Shown here: positions 22,367 through 33,891 of the stretch, piece by piece
Layout: each line of letters starts with the position of its first letter
How positions within the stretch are numbered: the stretch's first letter is position 1
Source of the DNA: Selaginella moellendorffii
Lineage: Eukaryota; Plantae; Lycopodiophyta
Length of the DNA: 64,000 nt
NCBI RefSeq assembly: GCF_000143415.4
Contig: NW_003314331.1
Span: 292,244 to 356,243, forward strand
Reading direction: 5' to 3'
The notes under the pieces: generated by a model
Seen by the model: the letters and a program-made list of their open reading frames with translations, nothing else
Told to the model about the DNA's origin: nothing
Databases searched by the model: none
Position numbers and translations under genes: made by a program

Positions 22367-23715
22367 TTTTAGGGTTCTTAATAACAGAGCCCAGATTTTT
22401 AGGGCTCTTGGATGTCTGCTTATTTTTATAATAAATAAACACTAGGAGCACGATGGAACTTACTACGCCAGTGTGCCGCTGCCAAGGATCGAATCAATGG
22501 AAGGGATGCTCATGGAATCCGGCCAGGATTCCCCCACCTTGATTGGGAATTTGCTTGTCAAAATGTATGGTGATTGTGGCGATGCGTGGGCAGCGTCCCA
22601 GCGAATCGCGAGCAGGAACGTCTTCTCGTGGAACATCCTGATGGCCGCGAGCGCCGACGGGGAAAATGAGAAGCCCGCCGCGATCTTCTTGGTGATGTCG
22701 GAGAGGGATGTTTGCAGCTGGAATTCCTTCGTCCCCGCAAATGCCCAAAGTGGGCATCGTGATAAAGCAATCCTCGCCTTTCTAAAGATGCCTAAAACGC
22801 AATCCACTACATGGAACGCCATCGTCAGCGCGTATGGAGACAACAAAAGAATTCCTGAAGCGAAAGCTATGCTCGATCGAATGGTGAAAGAGACGCCACG
22901 TCATGGAACGCAATCGTCGCCGCACATGCCATGAACGGTGATCTGGAGCGCGCGAGAGATCTGATCCAACGGATGCCGCAACACACACTGTGCTCGTCCA
23001 ACGCGCTCCTCACGGCGCCTGAGGGGACGATTGGAAGAGGCTAGGGTTTTGCTCCTGGATGGATCGCGCCCCAGGAATCTCTTCGGCTGGAGCGCCGTAA
23101 TCGGAGGCTACGTGCAGGCAGGGCGCGGCACTGAATCGCTCCAGCTCTTCCGCGCCATGGATCTCGACGGCGTCCAGCCGGACAACATCACATTCATCAG
23201 CGTCGCCTGCGCGATCGCGAGCACTCCATCGATCGCCCAGGCCCGGCTCTTGCTCGGGATCATCCGGGATCACGGATTACCCGAGGACACTCCCCTGGGC
23301 ACAAATTTTTTTTTTACTAATTTGTCAACTTACCTCACTTTAAACCACCTTTAACTTTGTTATAGTTAAATTTTGTAGAGCGTGCGGAGCGTATTGCGTA
23401 GATTCTCTCGTCCTATGTTCTTCTCTCAGGCACATATATAAACATGGATGTTGATTTTCTATACTTTGGTAGTTTTCAAAACTAGGATTGCACCCGCAAG
23501 AAAGGAAGCTAGGCTTGTGGCTCTATCTGGAATTTGTTTCCTAGCTCAAAATTTCAAAGGCCAAGGTTAATGGATGCTATTTTATCAACTGAAAATAAGA
23601 CAATGAATAAGCATTTAAACCATGTTGCTGTTATACAATAAGTGTTGTATACTAATCAAATTGTTGCTTTAGACTATGTATTGTTATGTGAGTTTGCTTA
23701 CATGTAAAATTTGAT
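22367..23715 (+). pseudogene. Truncated, frameshifted direct duplicate of the PPR gene at 17146-18714, with flanks
   Basis: Near-identical sequence to ~17098-19060 with internal deletions (loses ~17400-17505 and ~18150-18580) and frameshifts. Confidence 0.9.
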
Positions 23716-23939
23716 CAAAACAGAACTGTATTGTGTCTCCCAACTCTCTTCTCTAGTTTTTGTAAGTCTAACCAAGCGTGCCAACTCTCTGCCACATCTG
23801 GATACTCAGCTGTTTTGACTTCCAACAGCTGTAGAATCTTTCGTGGTCGACGACACTTCATTCGACCACCTGATGGGCAACTTGAGCAGAATTCCCCTCG
23901 ATCGCAAGGGAGTTTGCTGCCACACTCTTGAAGTTACTA

Positions 23940-24305
23940 CTCGCAGCTCTCAGGATGCGCCATTGCTTGAGGTGTTTGCTCCTTCTCTCGCCTCTAGAAA
24001 CAGGGATTTGCTGAAAGGAGAGTGCTAAAGGAACTCCAAGATCTTGGATATACCCGATAGTTCCAACACCCTACGAAGAAAAGAAGGAAGAAAAAAAGGA
24101 ATCGAGCAAAGAATACAAGAATGGTGGTGATAAAAATGAAATGCGAGGGGAAGAAAGAAATGAGAGAGGCTGAGTCGTTGAGCGATGAAGACGAAAAAGA
24201 AAGAATGGGCTGTCACACAAGCGAATGTGTGGTAGTGTACAAAAAGTATGAAGTGGTGGTGTTGTTTTGCATTCCACTGTTTAGAAGAGTGACACACTCC
24301 TCTTA
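23940..24305 (+). pseudogene. Inverted duplicate remnants of the PAC4 3' end and the acidic-protein 3' end
   Basis: gatttgctgaaaggagagtgctaaaggaactccaagatcttggatatacccgatag matches reverse complement of 33066-33120; 24060-24300 matches reverse complement of ~31815-32105 with deletions. Confidence 0.85.
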
Positions 24306-24333
24306 GTTTGCTTCTTTCAATCGAATCGATGAG

Positions 24334-25014
24334 CTATTTCTTGGTGTAATCCTTGAGCCCCTGCCGGAGAGCTTCCAGGTTGACGCCCTCGTCCACAAGA
24401 ATGCTTGTGACGCCCATTTGTGAAACCTTGAACAAAGAAAAGTTTTAGAGAACGAAACGAAAAGAAGGTTTTTGCTCACTGCTTTTATGTTGCGTTGCTC
24501 GTCATCGAAGAAGAGCATGTCCTTGAAAGGCGTGCTGGACTTTTGATGGATCTTTTGGAAGTGCTCGGTCTTGTGGCTCCAGCTCGGGTAGATTTCCTAG
24601 AGATAATTGCTGTGGAAGATGGAAGGAACGAGAAAAATACCTTGGGGAAGAAGAGAGTAGCGAGGTTGAGCTTGGATAGAAAGGCGGTGGCAATGTCGGG
24701 TGTGGGAGTTCTCGACGCCACAGCCATGGCGACGCCCTTCTCCTGGAGCGCGCTGAGAATCCCGGTCACCTGGGGATAGAGCCGCGGATTATCTCGCTTT
24801 GACATGCATTCGCTGGAGAGAAATCAAAATCGACCGAGAAATCTTGAGGAAGGGAGAGAAAGAGAGGCGCTCAGTCGCTCAATCGCTCACTCACTCACCA
24901 CCAGAAGGGCCACAGTGTGTAGTCGAGATCGAAGACAACGAGGCGGGGGAGGCGCTCGGCGCTTGCCAGGAGCTCCAATGCCTGGGCTTTGACGGCATCG
25001 CTGCTGGTGCTCAT
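24334..25014 (-). CDS. MDP1: Magnesium-dependent phosphatase 1 (HAD family), 4 exons
   Basis: LPRLVVFDLDYTLWPFW|C, AVASRTPTPDIA, EIYPSWSHKTEHF, MLFFDDEQRNI, MGVTSILV...GLKDYTKK*. Confidence 0.93.
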
Positions 25015-25133
25015 CCTCGCCGGTGCCCTAGGTCCCGCTGGCCTCTGCGCGCACGCGTGAGGAAGAACTAGATCGCGCTGGCGTAGCATGAAGCCAAAAT
25101 GCGAAGCCCTAAAAACAGAACTGTTAATACTTA

Positions 25134-26037
25134 GGGGGGTTTCGCACCCACCATTAAATTAGTAAATTTAATGGTAATTCGTTCACACCACCACACTATT
25201 ATATTAGATTTTGTAAACTCTAATTTAATAGATAATTTAATGGTAACTTGTTCACACCAGAAATAAACATTAAAGTAAGCTAATGTTACAATTAGCATTT
25301 CTTTCACATTTTTCGCTAAAATCCTAATGCTACACTTTTGTAGCATTAGGATTAAATTATTCCACGAATATTCTATAGGGCAATGTTAGATCCGTGCTGC
25401 TGCTGCTTCTTCATGCGCACAACTCTCCGAACGCCACCTCTTCCTCCTCCCTTGGTTGCTTCCATGACACACCCATTCCGCTGCCCCCACTGGAGAAGCC
25501 CACTGGGCTTGTTGGGGCTCTTGCACTTGTGCCCAACGCCACATTCCAGAGCACTTGCCTCCCCGTTGCTCTGCTCTGCCATGCCACTCGACGCCATTAC
25601 CGCCGCCAGGCTGGGGGACGAGGCCATTGCCGCTGCTGTGGAAGCTCCTCCTATCGTTGTCATTGCTGCCGCCTCCTCCACTGCCACTTTTTGAGGAGGG
25701 AGGGGGGAGATGGAGGAGCTAGTGCAAAGAGGGTGAGGGAGATTGATGGGGGTGGCTGGTGCCAAGATCTTCGTGATTGTTGCCGCCTTTTGCACTGCTG
25801 CATGTTATAAGGTATAACTTAATAGCTGGTGTGAACAGAGCATCATTAAATTAGCTAATTTAATGGGAGTGTGAACCAGTTAACATTATCCAAAGTTTTT
25901 ATCACCCAAAATGACTAATAACTACTAATGCTATTATTAACAAATATTGGTGTGAAAAGAATAACATTAAAATTTTAAATTAGGCTAAAATCCTCTGATG
26001 TAAAAGCCCTAAATTAATGGTGGGTGCGAAAACCCCC
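25134..26037. mobile_element. Non-autonomous PIF/Harbinger (Tourist-like) element with a GC-rich internal segment
   Basis: TIRs GGGGGGTTTCGCACCCACCATTAA ... TTAATGGTGGGTGCGAAAACCCCC; TTA target-site duplication (25131-25133, 26038-26040); subterminal TTCACAC / GTGTGAA repeats. Confidence 0.85.
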
Positions 26038-26879
26038 TTAGAATATAATTCCAGTTTACTAATGTCCTATATCATTGTTGTGCTATGTCATCCATGTTTT
26101 CCCAATCTTGGACCTCAATGTCTTTTTTCCATGCTCTAAGCGTTGTAAGGGAATCTTGCAACCTCACCACACAATCAAAATCCCATTGATTTCTCACTAA
26201 AACTGCCACTGAGAAATGTGTAATGAGTATATCCATATCCAGGAGTATGCCCAAAATTGTACCCCACTCCAGCATGGAAGGATTGCCTAGGCTCCAATGT
26301 AACAAGAACCCAAAGCTTGTAACTGAAAAAGAATGGCTAAATCTCACACATAGATAGATAGATTGATGAAAATTGAAATGATAAAGAGAAAATAGAAAAC
26401 GAAAGTAGAGATAAATAAGAATAAAGTGTGGAGTTTAAAAACACAAGAAGAGAAAAATTGGAATCTAAACTAAAAAAAAAAAAAAGGAAAAAGGAAGAGA
26501 TGATAAGACCTAAAGAAAAGAGTCTAAAATTTGGATTTTGGCCTCAAAAACATGTATAACATTGTGTTGTCAACAATATTGAATAAAAGGTGGTGGATCA
26601 TCTATGTTAGAAACTGTTTCTCACTAAGAAAGGTGGAATGGGATAGACTTGGATGTTTCTTTGCAAAAGCCTTAATCATCCATTAGCAGTCTCATCTTGT
26701 TGCTAAGTTGATATTATTGTATTGATCTAGTTGTAGTTTAGTAGTTTAATCCTTAGTACCATAGCAAGTTAATAACTAGTTTTTATAGATGGGTATGGGT
26801 AAGTTATAGTATTTCAAAATATCATTTTAAAATCTATGACTATAAAAAGGAAGAAATAATAAAGGGTATAATTATATGA

Positions 26880-28090
26880 TGAAGAAGTCTTAAATGTCAA
26901 TAGGACTTAGTGGATAGGCTTTTATGCGCTAACTCAATAGTGGTATTAACATGCACTACTATGATTAAAGAGGGGCTTGATGGGATTGGAAAAAGGATAT
27001 TAGAGGATTCTAGATCCTAGGGCTTCTTTAGAAATTGTCATAAAGAGATCATTTATGAAAGGATAGTTTTATCGTGGAAAGATAAATTTGTGATATGAGT
27101 GGTTTTGAATTATTAACAAGATTGTGAGAAGAGACGTGGCCTTAATGTAAGAGGTTGATATATTAGTGGTACTTTTGGATGTCGGAAGTGGGACTTAGAA
27201 ATATGAAGCACTTGGACTAACTTTAATAACAATATGGCTTTAGGCCATCTTTAAGTTAAAATGAGGACTTATAGAGGTTGTGAGTGAGGCTTCCAAAGGC
27301 ATAGTTAAGTGATTAAAGTAAAATAGAAAATTTAATCTTTTACATTCAGTATCAAATAAGTCTTATGATTTCTAAAATGAAGCATGTCGATGTTGCTATA
27401 ACTCTTTTAAGAGTCTTGCTCTCTTGAAACCTTACCCCTCAAGTAAATTAGACTACCAAATATCAATCTTAATATGTGATGTGATTTTCCTAAAGCAACT
27501 AATAATATCTTTGAGTTGAAGTAGTACTAGGTTAAGTGACTTTCCGTAAACTTTAAATTTAAGAGTTTACATTTGGTATATCAAGTCTAAAGACAACTTG
27601 TGTTTTTGACTATTGATATTGTTCAGCATTAGATTCTTGATTCTCTTTAGCATACTATACTAAAGAGTTGCCAACTGGACCCAATCCATATAAGCTCCTT
27701 TATTGCATCATGAATAAGGAGATTTTACTTCACAAATCCATTCATGCACTAGGACATTTAAACCTTAAATATCTCAAGACTTGTGTGCTTTTGTTCATAA
27801 GTTTTTTCCCTTTATATTTAGACCTTATTAGATTAATTTTCAAGTTATTCTCTTTAATTGCTTACACTCCATTGGTTTGAAGGGGCACAAAGTCTAACTT
27901 GGAGACACATTAGATATAAAGAATAACTTAGCTAAGATATATGAGTTAAGTGGGATAAGATAGGAGTTGAAGTTGGTATGTCTATCTGGGAAGCTATAGA
28001 CCATAAATATTTGACAGTATGGCAAGCAACATAAGTACAAGCACTTTGGGAGGCACACAATCATCATCACTTTGACAAACAATAAATGAT
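26880..28090 (+). mobile_element. Highly degenerate LINE (L1-like) ORF2 3' relic
   Basis: Broken frames give RLLCANS, GLRNMKHL...TIWL, LFNCLHS and WQAT.VQALWEAHNHHHF, resembling post-RT, zf-RVT and terminal W..RN...F motifs; many stops. Confidence 0.45.
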
Positions 28091-29509
28091 GGTTTCAACT
28101 TTGTGGCTACATAGTGAAGACTTACTCTAGTAGCTATATTCCTTCACTATGATATTTTGAAAGAATGGGAAAAACTTATTTGGCTAAAAGAATGGTAGAG
28201 CTGGTTGACTCCCATATTTTAGTAAGATGGTTGAAAATGAGGTACACTAGTAGTCAATCAATTGGAGGGGGGGAAGGGGATTTAGACATTGATGTGATTT
28301 ATAAAATATGTTCATATTTGCTTTTACTTCAAAACTATATGAGACACAAAGTAGAGTAACTTGATGAGAGGGTGGCATGCTTGATTTTTATGTTAATCCT
28401 CTTGGGACATTGGGAAATATATATATACATTTATTAAAGAGATCTTGAGTCTAGCTTTATTAGTTAGTTAGGGGAATCATATCATATGTTTAGGTTAATA
28501 TATAATTTACTTCTGCTAGGCTAAACCTGAGGGGTACAGTATAGAGATTAGGGCTCTTAGGAGAGTTATAACTCTTAGCTTTTATCACGAGGGTATGAAT
28601 TTATAGGGCAGTATGGTGGATTCAAGAAAATAATAAAAAAATTTATTAAAGTTCAATATAAATACAAAGGGCCCATGAATAAGAGTGCACCCTTTTTTCA
28701 ACCGATTAAAGGTTTTGGGTTAAATATACTTGAGTTTAAATAGTATTGAGCTAAGTTATAGTAAATTTAAGAGTTTACACCTCCATCAAAGCAAAACCAT
28801 TTACTATATAATGTGAAATTGGAATAATATCTTTTAAGTGGGAGATTTAAAATCTTATTATTGTGCTAGCTAAAGAGCATCATCAAGGGTTGCTAAAACA
28901 AATGCATGCACAAGCCCTATAAAATTTTGACAAAGTGCTAACCATAACATGCTTATTTAATTTGTTTTAACATATTTGACTCCACATAAAGTAAAAGGTT
29001 TTGGAAGTAAATTTTAAATTTGATAATATGGAAATAAGAAGGTATTTCCTATTATAAAGTAAGAGGTTATATGATATGGGAATCCATGCTTGAAGACGTC
29101 TAAAAGAAAGCTCTAATTTGCATAAATGGTAGCATTAAACATTATACCATTGTAATGCCATCCCTTGAAGACAAATAGGAAATTTGTGTAAACATTAGGT
29201 ATCATCTCATGAATGATAGATGTTAAGTATTATGAAGTGATTAAACCAATAGTACACATTATATTTAGGATTCCCATAGAAAAAATTTAGTCAAACATGA
29301 GGATTAATTAAAGAAACTAAACTATGTGTTGTGAATGTTGTTATCAATTACGTTTGATTGTTCAACTACATTTGTAATGCATTAAGCAACCACACCAACT
29401 ACTACTTTACAAAGGAGGTAGCTCTTGCAAAGGAAGTGGCAACTACTACAAAGGAGGTAATAGTTGCCCATCCATAGGTGCCAAAGAAAAGAAGAAAGAG
29501 AAGGCAATT

Positions 29510-29680
29510 CTAAATGGCCTATAGCCTCATGTTTTATAAAAAGAAGGATGGACTTAAGGAAATGGCTTCAGGGCCTCATGCTATCTAGGAATATAAAATT
29601 AATAAATGGCATGTGGCCTCATGTCATCTGAAACATTCTTAATAAATAACTAGTATGTAGCCTCATGCCATCTTAAATAT
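29510..29680 (+). repeat. Four imperfect ~45-50 bp repeats with core GCCTCATG
   Basis: atggcctatagcctcatg, atggcttcagggcctcatg, atggcatgtggcctcatg, tagtatgtagcctcatg. Confidence 0.5.
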
Positions 29681-30149
29681 TCCTAGGATTTCCACAACAA
29701 TGATGGTCTAGACAATAATAAAGCTAAATCTGGGAGAAAAAAAGCAAACAAAAGGCACAAATCTAGGCACTTCTTAGGGACACTTAAAGTTGCTACTCAC
29801 CTCCATGAATAGAATAAAAAAATACATATATATCTATATTAGCTTAAAACCTATATGAGCAAGTGGTCCAGATTAAATCCAATCTGGTGGCTATTAAAAT
29901 ACCACTATATTAATAATAGTATATGGCATTTACTTAGACCTCTTAATTATAAATTTTATAAAATTATTTGTATATATTTTTATTTTTATTTTATTTAAAT
30001 TATAAAATTAGTTAAGCATAAGTGATACTCAATTTATACATTTATGTTTATTTTTATTAAATAATAATCTATAAATTTACTTAAAATACATATAATTTTT
30101 TACTCTAAATAACTTTTAATATATATATATATTTAGGAGTTTAATTAAG

Positions 30150-30980
30150 ACATAAATGATGGTTTTGTCATAAAGATTTATGTGGAAACTTTGTTGTATA
30201 TAATACAAGGTTACAGTCATTTTGAAGACTTAAAAATGTACTTATAATACAAAAGGATTTTTTGTTACAAATAAAGTTTTTTGACCATTCAACTTTTTTA
30301 TGATTGCCATATAAAAATAAAAGTCCATCTATTTGTAGTTTAAGATAGCAATAATATATATATATGGTTTATTTGTTTTACTATCCCAAATCATATTTTC
30401 TCCTGAAAATAAAACAAGATTACAGTTTGAGTTTAAGAATAATATATGTTTTCCATTTGGTGAAATTAAAAATTCACTATAGAACAATATTGAACTATGC
30501 ATACCACCTTGAACAGTCATTTTAGATATATCACAATCTTCAAATGATAATAGTAAATTTGGATTTTTAGAATAAGATTTTGTGACTATAACTGATTTCA
30601 AGATTTCTCACTGTAACTCCGAAGTAATTTGCTGTTGCCCATAGCATAGAAGGTAAGTCTTAATTAGTCTTTCTATTCTTTGATAAATAGATTTTGAAGT
30701 TGCAAAATTTGGACTCCCACTAGAAATACAATTTGGTGGATTTCCATCAAATCTTGCAACTCTTACAATAACTGTTCCTACTGATATGGCATGTGTTATT
30801 TCATCTGACCAATCACTAGGATAATCACCTGTAAGAGGTCTAATGAGCTACCAAATGCTTGCAATTATCATCTCTATATCATTATCACTTACTTCATAAA
30901 AATCTCCATATTGAACACTCCTGCCATAAACTTTAAAAATTATTAACACAGTAGAGAAACTTAAGTCTTAAAACCATTTC
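30150..30980 (-). pseudogene. AT-rich relic of a secreted bulb-type (GNA-like) lectin gene with an extra N-terminal domain
   Basis: LISPNGKHILFLNSNCNLVLFSGENMIWDSKT, LKLQIDGLLFLY and LSLQNDCNLVLY (QxDxNxVxY); in-frame stops and frameshifts. Confidence 0.7.
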
Positions 30981-31244
30981 TACATATTTACATGTTTTCT
31001 TCCTGATTTTATATACAAATTGAAAGCAATATTTTTACAGGTGGAATACATATAGATGATAAAAAAATACTTAGAGTGCAAGAAATGTTACAATGACAAA
31101 CTATGCTGTATTAACAATCTTAGGACAAACTATGCTATGCTAACTATCTTTGGTCACTTTTGCCATATATTTATTGTCACTAATGGAGAAACTAAAACCC
31201 AAGCTTTCTTAAATACGAAGTATTAACAATCTTAACACTGAACC

Positions 31245-31735
31245 CACGCCTCATTTTCCTCGATCTCGACTTGGCCCTTCGTGAGTGGTTTCTCGGTCGA
31301 TTTTGATTTCTCTCCAGCGAATGCATGTCAAAGCGAGGCTCGATATTCTCACCGCGCAGGGCGTCGCCATGGCTGTGGCGTTGAGAACTCCCACACCCGA
31401 CATTGCGACTGCCTTTCTATCCAAGCTCAACCTCGCTACTCTCTTCTTCCCCTAGCGTTCCTTCCATCTTCCATAGCAATTTCTTCTTCTTTCCAGGAAA
31501 CCTACCCGAGCTGGAGCCACAAAACCGAGCACTTCCAAAAGATCCACCAAATGTCCAGCACGCCTTTCAAGGACATGCTGTTCTTCGATGACGAGCAACG
31601 CAACATAAGAGCAGTGAGCAAAAAACCTTCGTTCTCTAAAACTTTTCTTTGTTCAAGGTTTCACAAATGGGCGTCACAAGCATTCTTGTGGACGAGGGCG
31701 TCACCGGCAGGGGCTCAAGGATTAAAGAAATAGCT
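31245..31735 (+). pseudogene. Degenerate inverted duplicate of MDP1
   Basis: ETYPSWSHKTEHFQKIHQ...KDMLFFDDEQRNI; lacks start and has deletions relative to 24334-25014. Confidence 0.88.
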
Positions 31736-31784
31736 CATTGATTCGATTGAAAGAAGCAAACCAAGATTACAGGTAAGGAGAAAT

Positions 31785-32990
31785 CTAAATGCATAGGCAG
31801 TAGGAGCGCATCTTGAGTGTCACTCTTCTAAACAGTGGAATGCAAAACAACTCCACCACTTCATACTTCGTGTACACTACCACCCATTCGCTTGTGGGAA
31901 AGCCCATTCTTTCTTCCTCGTCTTCATCGCTCGACGACTCAGCCTCATGAAATGACTCAGCCTCTCTCATTTCATATCTATTCTTGCATTCTTTGCTGGA
32001 TTCCTTCTTTTCACACCCTCGCTTTTCACTTTCATCACCACCATTCTTGTATTCTTTGCTCGATTCCTTCTTTTCTTCCTGCTTTTCTTCGTAGGGTGTG
32101 TGAAGTTCCTCGACACCGACGCTAAGAAGTTCCTCTTTTATCTCATCTTCATCACCACCATTCTCTTTCGCATCGTATTCGTCGCTCAAATCCTTCGGTT
32201 CCTCGTCTCCCTCTTTTATATACTCGTCAGTGGTTTCGTCTTCATCGCTCGAATCGTCCTCTTCGTCTTCAATATCATCCTGTTCGTCACTATCGTTTTC
32301 ATTCTCATCATCATCTTGGTTAGAATCCTCCTCTTCCTCATAATCTTCCCCATGGGATGGGGACGGGGACGGGGATATAGATATAGAAGAATCACTGGAA
32401 TCCTCCTCCTGACTGCTCAAATATTCTTTCATATCATCCTGGAATCCTTCCCGCTGTTCCTCATCATCACCATCATCGCTCAAATTTTTCATATCATCCT
32501 GGAATCCTTCCTGCTGTTCCTCATCATCACCATCATCGCTCAAATTTTTCATTTCGTCCTGGAATCCTTCCTGCTGTTCCTCATCACTATCATCGCTCAA
32601 ATTTTCCATACCATCCTGGAATCCTTCCCGCTGTTCCTCATCATCACCGCTCAAACTCGCTTTCATATAATCCTGGAATCCTTCCTGTTCTCGGCCCTCG
32701 TTCCCTAATCCTTCCTTTCCTTTTTCGCAGTACGCTTCATCATCTTGCTCCTCGTTGCGAGTATGATCGATCTTTTCCTGCTCCTCCACTTCGCTATATG
32801 CGTACTCGGGCGCCGGTATATCTATACCATCGAAAAACTTCTTCAAGACTTCCTCTTTCCCGGGGACAACATCGTCAACTTTCGGGTAAACTTGGGTATC
32901 CTCGGGCCAAACACTGCAGAAGTCCTTTCCCACGTCCTCAAAGGACGAATCATCGCTAGCATCCACAACAACAAACCCGTCATCGGCCAT
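31785..32990 (-). CDS. Very acidic, probably disordered orphan protein (~400 aa) with tandem 20-aa repeats
   Basis: Intronless open frame from MADDGFVVVD; D/E-rich; no recognised domain. Confidence 0.6.
   Translation of the reverse strand: MADDGFVVVDASDDSSFEDVGKDFCSVWPEDTQVYPKVDDVVPGKEEVLKKFFDGIDIPAPEYAYSEVEEQEKIDHTRNEEQDDEAYCEKGKEGLGNEGREQEGFQDYMKASLSGDDEEQREGFQDGMENLSDDSDEEQQEGFQDEMKNLSDDGDDEEQQEGFQDDMKNLSDDGDDEEQREGFQDDMKEYLSSQEEDSSDSSISISPSPSPSHGEDYEEEEDSNQDDDENENDSDEQDDIEDEEDDSSDEDETTDEYIKEGDEEPKDLSDEYDAKENGGDEDEIKEELLSVGVEELHTPYEEKQEEKKESSKEYKNGGDESEKRGCEKKESSKECKNRYEMREAESFHEAESSSDEDEEERMGFPTSEWVVVYTKYEVVELFCIPLFRRVTLKMRSYCLCI
32415..32690. repeat. ~4.5 copies of a 60-bp coding tandem repeat (QQEGFQDDMKNLSDDGDDEE)
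   Basis: Lines starting 32461 and 32521 are nearly identical; flanking units are slightly shorter. Confidence 0.9.
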
Positions 32991-33065
32991 CTCTTCCTTT
33001 GGATTCGCCAACCCTATGAACCCTAAAGCTAGTCTCGCAATTATATACACAATAATAAAAAGGGG

Positions 33066-33688
33066 CTATCGGGTATATCCAAGATCTTGGAGTTCCTTTA
33101 GCACTCTCCTTTCGGCAAATCCCTGTTTCGAGAGAGTTAGATTCGCGAGAGAAGAAGCAAACACTATGGGACACCTCAAGCGATGGCGCATTGGACGGAA
33201 GATTTGCGGCGAGAACAACGCTATATCCCGTCCTGAGAGCTGCGAATTCGAGCAAAGAAAGAGATTGATTGGAATGGAAAAAAAGCATGAGAGGATCTAC
33301 CCAGCCTGCGAGCAATGCCGCCTCCCGCGCTGTTGGCGCCACCGCCGCCGATCAAGGCGGATAAGCTCGGCATCTTGTCCTGGAAAGAAAGCAAACCATG
33401 GAGTGATCGAGGAGATCCAATGCCAATCCAGGGGCTAGACGTGCTAGAATCTACTCACGTATGGTGTGGAGATTGAGGCGAAGAGATGCCCCAGCCTGGC
33501 GGAGTTACATCCGATCCAGATATAAAGCTGCGAGAAAGAGAGGCGAGAAGGAATCGATCAAATCCGGGAAAATGCGAGGGAAAGAATCGATCGATCACCA
33601 TTACCTGCTTGTCCAGGCAGAGGATCTGGAAATGGAAGCTCGCGTCGTGCGCCTCGTCGGAAAAGCAAGTGAGCCGCGGCGCTTCCAT
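33066..33688 (-). CDS. PSMG4: Proteasome assembly chaperone 4 (PAC4), 5 exons
   Basis: LTCFSDEAHDASFHFQILCLDKQ|LYIWIGCNSARLGHLFAS...PSLSALIGGG...GIARRL|ALRTGYSVVLAANLP...FAERRVLKELQDLGY. Confidence 0.85.
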
Positions 33689-33891
33689 CGCAAAAGACCT
33701 TAGAAGTTAGAACCCTAGCAACAAGAACTCCAAGATTTCTAATAGGTGAAGGACGAATTTCCAAAGATGACAAATCCAAAACCACGCACACCCGCGTGAG
33801 AGAAGAATGTTGTTCTTGGAGGAGAAAGAAGAGTCCTCCTCTCCTCCCATAAATTAGAATCCCATCCCATCCCTTCCCTGCTATCCCAAAA

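Noticed and set aside
32415-32690. Regular 60-bp repeats as a CRISPR-like array
   Set aside because: No unique spacers; in-frame coding tandem repeat in a eukaryotic gene
32100-32708. Hydrophobic 202-aa repeat ORF resembling a membrane protein
   Set aside because: Reverse complement of the Asp/Glu-rich gene; an artefact of GAT/GAA codons
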